Source: Eledone cirrhosa
Lineage: Eukaryota
Direction of reading: 5' to 3'
NCBI GenBank assembly: GCA_964016885.1
Contig: OZ024742.1
Location: 142,910,001-142,974,000 of the forward strand
Length of the DNA stretch: 64,000 nucleotides
Every line of letters starts with the position of its first letter. Positions within the stretch are counted from its first letter, which is position 1. The notes under the pieces were generated by a model. That model was not told where the DNA came from and did no database searches. It saw only the letters and a list, made by a program, of their open reading frames with translations. Shown here one piece after another: positions 11,623 through 25,004 of the stretch. Position numbers and translations under genes: made by a program.

Positions 11623-13584
11623 TGAAAGTTATATAAATTTCAAAACTGATTATTCCCATCACTACAAGTTGCACATTAAGCTGTAAAATATAAAAAATTC
11701 CAAAATTTCTTGTTCACAAATTTTGTGTTCAACCAATCATGAACAGTATAAGGTAAGACTAGACAGGTCAGTGAACCATGCCTTGCTCATACATTCCATT
11801 TCGGACATGGTTTCTATGACTGAATACTCTTCCTAATGCCGACCACTTTAGAGAATGAACTGGGTATATTTTATTGTGACACCAGATCTATCATTTTACA
11901 AAGTGTACTGGGTGCATTTTATTGTGGAACCAACACTACCACCACTTTACAGAGTCTACCAAATATATTTCACTTTTCAGAGTGTACTGGGTGAATTTCA
12001 TTATGGAGAGGTTGTTAGGTCCTCAGCATGGCTAAAGGGATCCCCCTCCAACTCTCATTTCAATATCAACCACTTTACTGGCTCAGTGGTTAAGGTGTTG
12101 AATTCATGACCATAAAGTCAGAGGTTCAATTTCTCTACTGGGTATTGAGATGTACTCTTCAGCAAAATAACTTTATTTCATGTTGATCCTTCTGCTAGGA
12201 GTTGCAATAGGCTGATAGTACCAACAATGGAAAGACCAACAGAAATATAGCTTCCTTGGTACGATCTGATGATCAACTCATTTCACTATTTTTTCCATAT
12301 ACATACACATATACTGAAATTGTTATTTACAGATGTCAACATAACAATCATCAACCATATAATATGACTATTTTGATGGGTAAATTCCATTATCATGCTG
12401 TTTGTGATTGGTTGAACATGAAATTTGTAAATGAGAAATTTTTGAACATTTTATTATTAAAAGTGTATAATATTCTAAGAATTATCATGAATAAATTAAG
12501 TGTTCCCCAGATGTGTTGCACAGAACTGCAAGGTAGAGTTTTGTGCATAACAACCCACGATGAATGCAAAGCATAAGTGAAAGCTGGACAGAAAACAAAT
12601 TGAGCATGCTCCATTGGGTGTGTAATGTCAGTGTGCATGAACGGTGAAGCAAGGATAGACCGAGAGGATTACACTAGTATGTACAGGTGATGCATATGGA
12701 TGTTGATTGTTAGGTAAAGAAGTGCCAAGAGTTCCCAGCGGAAAGATGTTGCAGAAGATGACGAAGGACTGAAGAAGTGGAAGGAAGCTGTGCTAGAGAA
12801 GACCTGTCCAACCTATTTGAGTATGGAAAAACAGATGTAAAATGATGACAATGATGCTTCTTTAGCATCCTCATTATCATTTTTATGCCTGTTTGAGTTG
12901 GACAAGACATTTTGTAGTAGGTTTTCTAAAGCCAGATGCCTTTACTAACACCAACCTATTTGTATGATACATCCTCATAGATGAACTGGGCTGCATCATC
13001 AGTGATGTGACCAGAAGTTTTTCCACATCCTACAGTGTTTCCCATAGAACCCAGCCAGGGTTGATCAGGCTCTGTCTTGCATTTCAACAGCAATGACCAA
13101 TGAACCAGCTCTTTTCATTCAAAATTGCTTTCTCTGTGGGTTTGCCTGTGGATTGAATGGCTCTCCTCTTGCTACTCCTGTAAAGCCTGTTCGGTGAGTA
13201 TCCTGCAAAACCTCTACAGCCCAACTCAATGGGCTCAAAGTCTGCCCTGGCACTTCTCCACTTATTTTAAGTATGGAGTGTATATATGTATATCGGCCTC
13301 AATCCCCACATGCCAGACTAATTGCCTGCCTTCCTCACCCATCTTGAACATTTTTTTTTTATTCTCTCTCCAACCTTTCAACTCTGATACATTGAAACAT
13401 TTATTTATCTATTTTTTCTTTATCTTCATTCCCAAGAGTGAAACAAATAAATAAGACTTTGTATTTTTGCATGTTTGTCTTATTCATTTTGATCTATACA
13501 CATATACACTCCATCCTGTGTTAGCAAGGAAAACAGACATTAAATGTTGATAATGATATTTCTGATGGTCATTGAACCACTAGG

Positions 13585-16500
13585 CTGCAGGACATACTGT
13601 TTATTGAGAGACATAACAACTGTCACTGCAGGACATACTGTTTATTGAGAGACATAACAACTGTCACTGCAGGACATACTGTTTATTGAGAGACATAACA
13701 ACTGTCACTGCAGGACATATTGTTTATTGAGAGACATAACAACTGTCAGTGTAGGACATATTGTTTATTGAGCGACATAACAACTGTCACTGCAGGACAT
13801 ATTGTTTATTGAGAGACATAACAACTGTCACTGCAGGACATATTGTTTATTGAGAGACATAACAACTGTCACTGCAGGACATATTGTTTATTGAGAGACA
13901 TAACAATTGTCAGTGCAGGACATATTGTTTATTGAGAGACATAACAACTGTTACTGTATGACATACTGTTTATTGAGAGACATAACAACTGTTACTGTAG
14001 GACATACTGTTTATTGAGAGACATAACAACTGTCACTGCAGGACATATTGTTTATTGAGAGACATAACAACTGTCAGTGCAGGACATATTGTTTATTGAG
14101 CGACATAACAACTGTCACTGTAGGACATACTGTTTATTGAGAGACATAACAACTGTCACTGCAGGACATACTGTTTATTGAGAGACATAACAACTGTTAC
14201 TGTAGGACATATTGTTTATTGAGAGTCATAACAACTGTCACTGTAGGACATACTGTTTATTGAGAGACATAACAACTGTCACTGCAGGACATACTGTTTA
14301 TTGAGAGACATAACAACTGTCACTGCAGGACATATTGTTTATTGAGAGACATAACAACTGTCACTGTAGGACATACTGTTTATTGAGAGACATAACAACT
14401 GTCACTGCAGGACATATTGTTTATTGAGAAACATAACAACTGTCAGTGCAGGACATATTGTTTATTGAGCGACATAACAACTGTCACTGTAGGACATACT
14501 GTTTATTGAGAGACATAACAACTGTCACTGTAGGACATACTGTTTATTGAGAGACATAACAACTGTTACTGTAGGACATATTGTTTATTGAGAGACATAA
14601 CAACTGTCACTGTAGGACATACTGTTTATTGAGAGACATAACAACTGTCACTGCAGGACATATTGTTTATTGAGAAACATAACAACTGTCAGTGCAGGAC
14701 ATATTGTTTATTGAGCGACATAACAACTGTCACTGTAGGACATACTGTTTATTGAGAGACATAACAACTGTCACTGTAGGACATACTGTTTATTGAGAGA
14801 CATAACAACTGTTACTGTAGGACATACTGTTTATTGAGAGACATAACAACTGTCACTGCAGGACATTGTTTATTGAGAGACATAACAACTGTCAGTGTAG
14901 GATACATTGTTTATTGAGAGACATAACAACTGTCACTGTAGGACATACTGTTTATTGAGAGACATAACAACTGTCACTGTAGGACATACTGTTTATTGAG
15001 AGACATAACAACTGTTACTGTAGGACATACTGTTTATTGAGAGACATAACAACTGTTACTGTAAGACATATTGTTTATTGAGCGACATAACAACTGTTAC
15101 TGTAGGACATACTGTTTATTGAGAGACATAACAACTGTCAGTGCAGGACATATTGTTTATTGAGAGACATAACAACTGTCAGTGTAGGACATACTGTTTA
15201 TTGAGAGACATAACAACTGTCACTGTAGGACATACTGTTTATTGAGAGACATAACAACTGTCAGTGCAGGACATATTGTTTATTGAGAGACATAACAACT
15301 GTCACTGTAGGACATATTGTTTATTGAGAGACATAACAACTGTTACTGTAGGACATATTGTTTATTGAGCGACATAACAACTGTCACTGCAGGACATATT
15401 GTTTATTGAGAGACATAACAACTGTCACTGTAGGACATACTATTTATTGAGAGACATAACTGTCAGTGTAGGACATATTGTTTATTGAGCGACATAATAA
15501 CTGTCACTGCAGGACATACTGTTTATTGAGAGACATAACAACTGTCACTGTAGGACATACTGTTTATTGAGAGACATAACAACTGTCAGTGTAGGACATA
15601 TTGTTTATTGAGAGACATAACAACTGTCACTGTAGGACATACTGTTTATTGAGAGACATAACAACTGTCACTGTAGGACATACTGTTTATTGAGAGACAT
15701 AACAACTGTCACTGTAGGACATACTGTTTATTGAGAGACATAACAACTGTTACTGTAGGACATACTGTTTATTGAGCGACATAACAACTGTCACTGTAGG
15801 ACATACTGTTTATTGAGAGACATAACAACTGTCACTGTAGGACATATTGTTTATTGAGAGACATAACAACTGTCACTGTAGGACATACTGTTTATTGAGA
15901 GACATAACAACTGTCACTGTAGGACATACTGTTTATTGAGCGACATAACAACTGTCACTGTAGGACATACTGTTTATTGAGAGACATAACAACTGTCAGT
16001 GTAGGACATATTGTTTATTGAGCGACATAACAACTGTCACTGTAGGACATACTGTTTATTGAGAGACATAACAACTGTCACTGTAGGACATACTGTTTAT
16101 TGAGCGACATAACAACTGTCACTGTAGGACATATTGTTTATTGAGAGACATAACAACTGTCACTGTAGGACATATTGTTTATTGAGAGACATAACAACTG
16201 TCACTGTAGGACATACTGTTTATTGAGAGACATAACAACTGTCACTGTAGGACATACTGTTTATTGAGCGACATAACAACTGTCAGTGTAGGACATACTG
16301 TTTATTGAGAGACATAACAACTGTCACTGTAGGGCATACTGTTTATTGAGAGACATAACAACTGTCACTGTAGGACATATTGTTTATTGAGAGACATAAC
16401 AACTGTCAGTGTAGGACATATTGTTTATTGAGCGACATAACAACTGTCACTGCAGGACATATTGTTTATTGAGAGACATAACAACTGTCACTGCAGGACA

Positions 16501-18507
16501 TATTGTTTATTGAGAGACATAACAACTGTCACTGCAGGACATATTGTTTATTGAGAGACATAACAACTGTCACTGCAGGACATTGTTTATTGAGAGACAT
16601 AACAACTGTCAGTGTAGGATACATTGTTTATTGAGAGACATAACAACTGTCACTGTAGGACATACTGTTTATTGAGAGACATAACAACTGTCAGTGTAGG
16701 ACATACTGTTTATTGAGAGACATAACAACTGTTACTGTAGGACATACTGTTTATTGAGAGACATAACAACTGTTACTGTAAGACATATTGTTTATTGAGC
16801 GACATAACAACTGTTACTGTAGGACATACTGTTTATTGAGAGACATAACAACTGTCACTGTAGGACATACTGTTTATTGAGAGACATAACAACTGTCACT
16901 GTAGGACATACTGTTTATTGAGAGACATAACAACTGTCAGTGCAGGACATATTGTTTATTGAGAGACATAACAACTGTCACTGTAGGACATATTGTTTAT
17001 TGAGAGACATAACAACTGTTACTGTAGGACATATTGTTTATTGAGCAACATAACAACTGTCACTGCAGGACATATTGTTTATTGAGAGACATAACAACTG
17101 TCACTGTAGGACATACTGTTTATTGAGAGACATAACAACTGTCAGTGTAGGACATATTGTTTATTGAGCGACATAATAACTGTCACTGCAGGACATACTG
17201 TTTATTGAGAGACATAACAACTGTCACTGTAGGACATACTGTTTATTGAGAGACATAACAACTGTCAGTGTAGGACATATTGTTTATTGAGAGACATAAC
17301 AACTGTCACTGTAGGACATACTGTTTATTGAGAGACATAACAACTGTCACTGTAGGACATACTGTTTATTGAGAGACATAACAACTGTCAGTGTAGGACA
17401 TATTGTTTATTGAGCGACATAACAACTGTCACTGTAGGACATACTGTTTATTGAGAGACATAACAACTGTCACTGTAGGACATACTGTTTATTGAGCGAC
17501 ATAACAACTGTCACTGTAGGACATACTGTTTATTGAGCGACATAACAACTGTCACTGCAGGACATATTGTTTATTGAGAGACATAACAACTGTCACTGTA
17601 GGACATACTGTTTATTGAGAGACATAACAACTGTCACTGTAGGACATACTGTTTATTGAGAGACATAACAACTGTCACTGTAGGACATACTGTTTATTGA
17701 GAGACATAACAACTGTCACTGTAGGACATACTGTTTATTGAGAGACATAACAACTGTCAGTGTAGGACATACTGTTTATTGAGAGACATAACAACTGTCA
17801 CTGTAGGACATACTGTTTATTGAGAGACATAACAACTGTCACTGTAGGACATACTGTTTATTGAGGCGACATAACAACTGTCACTGTAGGACATACTGTT
17901 TATTGAGAGACATAACAACTGTCACTGTAGGACATATTGTTTATTGAGAGACATAACAACTGTCACTGTAGGACATATTGTTTATTGAGAGACATAAACA
18001 TAACAACTGTCACTGTAGGACTACTGGTTTATGAGAGACATAACAACTGTCACTGTAGGACATACTGTTTATTGAGCGACATAACAACTGTCAGTGTAGG
18101 ACATACTGTTTATTGAGAGACATAACAACTGTCACTGTAGGGCATACTGTTTATTGAGAGACATAACAACTGTCACTGTAGGACATATTGTTTATTGAGA
18201 GACATAACAACTGTCACTGCAGGACATATTGTTTATTGAGAGACATAACAACTGTCACTGCAGGATATATTGTTTATTGAGAGACATAACAACTGTCACT
18301 GCAGGACATACTGTTTATTGAGAGACATAACAACTGTCACTGTAGGAACATATTGTTTATTGAGAGACATAACAACTGTCACTGTAGGACATATTGTTTA
18401 TAGAGAGACATAACAACTGTCCTGTAGGACATACTGTTTATTGAGAGACATAACAACTGTCACTGTAGGACATATTGTTTATTGAGAGACATAACAACCG
18501 TCACTGC
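13585..18507. repeat. 41-bp minisatellite array, about 120 units, in RCHY1 intron 6
   Basis: Unit GACATA(C/T)TGTTTATTGAG(A/C)GACATAACAACTGT(C/T)A(C/G)TG(C/T)AG, head-to-tail with no spacers. Confidence 0.98.
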
Positions 18508-18715
18508 TGGTTTTTATAAACAGTGTTAATATGACATTAGCAACAACTGGCATGCAAACATACACATATATATATAATATAATACATACATATATATACC
18601 TATACACACATACACATTTGTGCATATATATCTATACATATATATAAACACACACACACATATATATATGCATACACACACACACAACACATATATATAT
18701 ACACACACACACATA

Positions 18716-18760
<45 letters not shown>

Positions 18761-18869
18761 CGAGAGATACACATATACATATGCACACACATACACATAG
18801 TTATAAAATTATGTTAATGTAACAAGAAAATTGAAATAGAAAGCAAATAAAGACAAAATAAATACATAC

Positions 18870-18898
18870 CCAGATTGAAGAAGTTTTTCAAAACACTC
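18870..18898 (-). CDS. RCHY1: RCHY1 coding micro-exon 6 (29 nt as assembled; 30 needed to keep frame)
   Basis: ttttcatAG|GAGTGTTTTGAAAAACTTCTTCAATCTGG|GTATGT encodes ECFEKLLQS(G) and supplies a RING-H2 Cys; its GG joins the first C of exon 7 as Gly. Confidence 0.85.
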
Positions 18899-19301
18899 CT
18901 ATGAAAAACAAACAAAAAGTTATAAAGATAAAGAGTTAAAAAGGGGTTGATTGCAGTCTTGCCAGAGCATCATATAGAGTTAATGTGTTGCAATATTTGT
19001 TCTGGTTCTGAGTCCAAATCCTGTCATGGTCAACTTTGCCTTTCATCAAAGTGGAGTCGCTAAAGAAAGTACCAGCCCAGTGCTGGTACAACATCCCTCT
19101 CATATCTAGCACATGCTGGATGTTCTGTTATAACAAGGGTGGGATGGTCAAGGGAGTGTGTTTGTGTCTGCTACCAACTATCTGGGCACATAGAAATATT
19201 AGCAAAAGCATGGTTAATACTACTAAGTCATCCTTAATTGAGAGTTATCGCTGTAGTTACATTAGCCTGTTGGTTCTAGGAATCTCTAAACATGCTCCAA
19301 C

Positions 19302-19501
19302 NNNNNNNNNNNNNNNNNNNNNNNNNNNNNNNNNNNNNNNNNNNNNNNNNNNNNNNNNNNNNNNNNNNNNNNNNNNNNNNNNNNNNNNNNNNNNNNNNNN
19401 NNNNNNNNNNNNNNNNNNNNNNNNNNNNNNNNNNNNNNNNNNNNNNNNNNNNNNNNNNNNNNNNNNNNNNNNNNNNNNNNNNNNNNNNNNNNNNNNNNNN
19501 N
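19302..19501. other. Assembly gap (200 N)
   Basis: Run of N characters. Confidence 1.
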
Positions 19502-20930
19502 GCCTGCTAACAGGAAAGCATCAGGGGCACTCTCTTCAGAGAGGTGAATTCTCAGAAGTTGGAAAGATTATTTTGTTGATCTCCTAAACCCAGTCACAAC
19601 ACATTTTCTTATGTACATGAGGTGCATCTGGGAGCAATGACAAACTTCACAGAAGCTAAAGTCACAAGTAATTTGACCTAAGATGTTAAAAGCCTTAAAT
19701 AGAGAAGGCATTCTCTAGCTGACTTATGTTTGCTGGGTGGCCAGGATCTCTAGAAAGGCACCTAAACAATGACAATCGAGAGTGATAAACCCTATCTTCG
19801 AAAAGGGAAACAAGAGATTGTTTCAATTATAGAGAGATCTCCTTGTTAAGCTTCCCTGTTAAAGTCTTTGGCAAAGAGATGTAGGGATATTGTCAAGTTC
19901 AAGCTAACTGACACAACAGTGTGGTTTTTGCTGTAGATGCAGGACAAACAACCAAATATTCCCACTGTGGCAGGTCTTGAGAAATTGTGGGAGTATTGCC
20001 AAAAAAATGTGTTTTTATTTTGTAAACTTCGAAAAGGCATTTGACCTCCTTCCTGTTGTGGAAGGTTCTGCAAGAGTATGGAATCGATGGACAGCTTCTT
20101 GTTGCCCTGATGTCTCTATATGAATGCCCTAGTATTTGCGTTTGGGTAAATGGTGCTAAGTCAAAACTATTCAATGTGGTTGTTAGACTCTGCCAAGGGT
20201 GTATACTGTCACTTCTGTGAATAATCTTCATGGACAGGATTGACACAGCTGGGTTAGAAGTGGTATCAAGATAGGGATGTGTAGTTCAGTCAGCTGGAAT
20301 TTGCAGACGACATGATACTACTTAAGTCATCAGAAGATGATCTCCGACATGTATTTGATAGGTTTGTGCCGAGCGCTGCACGGCAGGAATGAAAATCAGT
20401 GTTGCAGAAACTGAGACAATTGTCCTCCCAAAGAAGCAGGTGAAGTATCTTGGGTTGTGTTCACAAGTGATGGAAGGAAAGAGGCTGAATTTGGTGCAAT
20501 AATTGCAGAAGTTGATGCAGTAATGCACCAGCTTCTGCACTCTGTAATCAGAAGAAGGGTGTCAGGTGTAAAAGCCAATTTCGCTATCTTCAATTCTGTA
20601 TTCGTGCCAATCCTTACCTATGATTATGAATCTTGGGTAATGACTGAAAGAGTGTGATTGCAAATACAAGCAGGGTCTTTGGAGTATCATTACTCGATAG
20701 AGTGCATAGCTCAGAGATTAGAGAGTCATTCCAGGTAGAGCTGCTACTTCTTGAGAGGTCACAGCTCCGATATTATGGACATATGGTTAGAATGTCTCAG
20801 GAAAGAATGGCTGAACAGATTTTACAAGCAAAAACCAACTGGAAGGAAACTCTGAGGCAAACTCTGAGCAAGATGGTTAGTCTTGCTTGGGGATCCAGTC
20901 AGATCAAATGGAGACAGTTGTGAGGAGGAA
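19502..20930 (+). mobile_element. Degenerate RTE-clade LINE (second family), RT region
   Basis: Broken motifs KKG..RDCFNYR, QGCILS, LEFADD, KYLG, SVFVPILTYDYESWVMT, QLRYYGHMVRM with many frameshifts; related copy at 49320-49760. Confidence 0.8.
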
Positions 20931-21072
20931 GAGAAGAAAGAAAGAGCTTTATCGGTATATGCAAGGATTCTGTGATTTTTTGGAGAATAAAGGTTCCACA
21001 ACAAAATATGTTTCAAAAGCACTGCTTTAACTTTTAAAAAAACACTAAAAATGAAAGTTTTCACCAACTTAC

Positions 21073-21176
21073 ACATGAATCATGTGTCGACATTTTGGAA
21101 TCTTAGAAGGCATTCTGGAAGTGTGCAGATTCTGAAGACATACTGGACACTCATTGCGGGAGATTTTTTCTAAGCA
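21073..21176 (-). CDS. RCHY1: RCHY1 coding exon 5, RING-H2 N-terminal part
   Basis: tatAG acceptor; CLEKISRNECPVCLQNLHTSRMPSKIPKCRHMIH+GT; GTAAGT donor; 104 nt. Confidence 0.95.
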
Positions 21177-21492
21177 CTATATAATTAAAAAAAAATAAAA
21201 TTAATTATTGAAAATTTTATTCACATAAAAAAAAAATTAAAATTCCATTTCACTTCCAATCATTATTTCAAATTGTTTATTCTAATTATCAATTCCAAGA
21301 AGATATCAACATAACGAAGGCAAAATTCTTTCACCTTAGAAGAAAAAATATTTAAAAGTTTTATAAAATAAAATTAAATTCATTAACCAGAGCTGTTGAA
21401 ACAAGTGGAGATTTCAGCTGCTAAGATGGGAAAAAAACAGAAGTGGACTGAGAACTAACTCTGATGCACCTCTATCTATACCTTGAATTTCT

Positions 21493-21532
<40 letters not shown>

Positions 21533-21537
<5 letters not shown>

Positions 21538-21648
21538 AACGAGTAGGACCCCGACGGCTGAGCTCAAGCCGTTTCGACGGCTAATTCTGTCCAGAATTAG
21601 CCGTCGAAATGGCTTGAGCTCAGCCGTCGGGGTCCTACTCGTTCCTAT
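21533..21648. repeat. Near-perfect GC-rich 116-nt palindrome between (TA)n tracts
   Basis: 57-bp arms around TC at 21590-21591; one G-T mismatch (21571/21610). Confidence 0.95.
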
Positions 21649-21789
21649 TACCCACTCTACTACCCTAAGTATTGAGTACTTTGATGCGTTATGGTCCACC
21701 TGGTTCCTTACCACATTTCCTTCGTTATATATATATATATATATATATAGTAAAAAATTATATATATATATGTATATATATATAGTAAG

Positions 21790-21851
<62 letters not shown>

Positions 21852-21972
21852 AAGTTATATTTAAATTGTTGGGTTACAACTAGTAAATATTTATAACTGA
21901 TATAAAAGCACTCGACAAATATTTGGAGTATATTTACAATATTAAATAAATGGAAACTATATTTATAAAACC

Positions 21973-22049
21973 ATATTTATTTCATTATATATATTTCAGG
22001 GATATCATATTAACAATATGCTATGCCTTCCTCAGACAAAATACAATAT
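21973..22049 (-). ncRNA. Type I hammerhead ribozyme motif (PLE-associated)
   Basis: Exact reverse complement of 25005-25081. Confidence 0.8.
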
Positions 22050-23400
22050 AAACAGTTTTATAGATAAATAGATTCGACATACCGTAACATCTACTTGCAT
22101 TCGAGAAGGTTGATTTGGTAGTGACAAAATTGTACACAAAGAGAAAGAAAGAGAGAGAGAAAGAGAGAAAAAGAGAGAAAAAAGAAAGAAAGACAGAAAA
22201 CGAAGAAAAAGAAAAAGAAGAAATGCATGGAACAAAATAGAGAGATGGAAAGATAGATAAAGAGAAGAACTTCATGTAAAGAAACAGAAAGAGATATATA
22301 TATATATAGAGAGAGGAAATAGAGATAGATAGATATATATAGAAAGCTAGGTAGTGGGACGACTGTTGAATAACGTATCAATGATACATTTATTTATTTA
22401 TTTATTTATTTAGCTCTAGTATTAATGTAAGGGAGATATATGGAGGGAAAACCAGCTGTTATATAGGGAGAGAAAAAATATAGAGAGAGAAAAAAATTCA
22501 AAAATATCCAGACACAGGCGAGGCGTAAAAAACCTCTGTTTTAATATAGAGGTATTAGTATTTACAAAACCAGCCTCTACATTGTAAATATCAGTATTCC
22601 TGAATGAGATATGTATCCACAATGTGTGAAAATTAATGATCTTATGTTTAGTTTTTAAAAAAAATTCATATGTTTATGTGATAATTACAAACATCTATGT
22701 GAATGTACATGATCAATTCTGCAAACCATAAGTTCACGGAAAGTATTCTCAATGTGGTATAAAAATTTAAGTATACATATATGTGTATATAGAGTCAATA
22801 TTACTATTTCAGTCTATCAAGCAAAGATAGAGCAGATTTCAATATACTAATAAAAATAAAAATAAAAATATATCGGAAACAAAACTAAAAATAACAATAA
22901 TAATAATAAGTAATAATAAAATAGAAAACTAAGAAATATTACGAAAGAATATTACATATTAAAAATATTACATATTAAAAAATTTACATATTAAGAATAT
23001 TAAAAATAAAAATAAAAATTAGGAAATACTACAATAATAAAAATAAAATAAACCACAAAGATCAACCCTTCAAAATTAATTGACAATATATTGCCAAGTT
23101 CATTATAAACATCAGAGTCGAAAAACAGATAAAGCCAAAAATTATCTATCAAATCGCATCTAGTAAAGATCATTTCAAAAAGTATAGGATGCCCAATTTG
23201 GTCTACATGTGTTCTTATATTTAATATAGAAGTTTATCTAGTGTAACGTTTATTCGAAATATTTGGAGCATCAACTTTTAGGATAGCTTAATTTTTCATG
23301 AAGAATGTTTAAATAAATAAAATAAAAATAAAAAGAATAAAAAGGGAATCAAAGATTTATCGGCTAGTTTCCCATATAATTATAAATCAAACTAAATATA

Positions 23401-23973
23401 CTACATTTTAAATTTAAATTTATATTTAAACGTTGAGTTTAATCTATGTTTGCAACAACTGAATAAATTTGTCCGTAGATTAAGGGAATTTTTAGATTTT
23501 AGTATAAAGAATATCTCCTCTGCGCAGAGGTCACATGTCTCAGAGGATGAATTAAAAGGAATCCCTCTTGAGACTATATTCCAAGCCGTCGAATATCTAA
23601 CGTTATCTAGCTTAAGTTGCCATAGTACGCCTGATAGTGCCGTTGAAGATTTTTTACTTGGATCTGTGAAAGAATTCTTGTGGTTATTATAGCGAAGTTT
23701 AAATTCCGTCGATGTGGAACCGACGTAGTTAAAAGAATTAGAGTCAGTATTAACATTACAATTGTATACTATATTTTTAACTAAGCAGTTGTTATTTAAC
23801 GGACATTTAGATCTATCTCTACAGTTACATTTGTTAACTTGTATATTATTTATGCTGTTATCACTAGGTTTTAAGTTCCTATTATTTATTCTATTGATAT
23901 TTTGTGCTAAATTTTTGGTGGATGAGTAGGTTAATTTAATTGTATGTCTATTGAAAATTGAGTGATATCTATG
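23401..23973 (-). pseudogene. PLE GIY-YIG endonuclease domain, 5'-truncated open frame of 190 codons plus stop, no start codon
   Basis: Manual translation HRYHSIFNRHTIKLTYSSTKNL...CNCRDRSKCPLNNNCLVKNIVYNCNV...YVGSTSTEFKLRYNNHKNSF...STALSGVLWQLK...W...CDLCAEEIFFI...LNLRTNLFSCCKH...*. IVY/YVG is the GIY-YIG signature, with the conserved R, E and N residues. Confidence 0.9.
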
Positions 23974-25004
23974 TTAATTTTTGAAGGGTTGATCTTTGTG
24001 GTTTATTTTATTTTTATTATTGTAGTATTTCCTAATTTTTATTTTTAATATTCTTAATATGTAAATTTTTTAATATGTAATATTTTTAATATGTAATATT
24101 CTTTCGTAATATTTCTTAGTTTTCTATTTTATTATTACTTATTATTATTATTGTTATTTTTAGTTTTGTTTCCGATATATTTTTATTTTTATTTTTATTA
24201 GTATATTGAAATCTGCTCTATCTTTGCTTGATAGACTGAAATAGTAATATTGACTCTATATACACATATATGTATACTTAAATTTTTATACCACATTGAG
24301 AATACTTTCCGTGAACTTAAGGTTTGCAGAATTGATCATGTACATTCACATAGATGTTTGTAATTATCACATAAACATATGAATTTTTTAAAAAACTAAA
24401 CATAAGATCATTAATTTTCACACATTGTGGATACATATCTCATTCAGGAATACTGATATTTACAATGTAGAGGCTGGTTTTGTAAATACTAATACCTCTA
24501 TATTAAAACAGAGGTTTTTTACGCCTCGCCTGTGTCTGGATATTTTTTTTCTCTCTCTTTTTTCTCTCTCTATATTTTTTCTCTCCCTATATAACAGCTG
24601 GTTTTCCCTCCATATATCTCCCTTACATTAATACTAGAGCTAAATAAATAAATAAATAAATAAATGTATCATTGATACGTTATTCAACAGTCGTCCCACT
24701 ACCTAGCTTTCTATATATATCTATCTATCTCTATTTCCTCTCTCTCTATATATATATATCTCTTTCTGTTTCTTTACATGAAGTTCTTCTCTTTATCTAT
24801 CTTTCCATCTCTCTATTTTGTTCCATGCATTTCTTCTTTTTCTTTTTCTTCGTTTTCTGTCTTTCTTTCCTTTTTTCTCTCTTTTTCTCTCTTTCTCTCT
24901 CTCTTTCTTTCTTTTTGTGTACAATTTTGTCACTACCAAATCAACCTTCTCAAATGCAAGTAGATGTTACGGTATGTCGAATCTATTTATCTATAAAACT
25001 GTTT

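Noticed and set aside
13585-18507. CRISPR-like array
   Set aside because: Units are contiguous with no unique spacers, there are no cas genes, and the context is a eukaryotic intron; this is a minisatellite.
18526-18817. ORFs rich in YI, CV and HT dipeptides (also 1373, 9891, 21464, 43748, 57590)
   Set aside because: Translations of (TA)n and (CA)n microsatellites.
19036-19587. 183-aa ORF
   Set aside because: It spans the 200-N gap; artefact.
23401-23973. Selenocysteine recoding as reported for some Naiad PLEs
   Set aside because: All Cys positions in this frame are TGT or TGC and there is no in-frame TGA.
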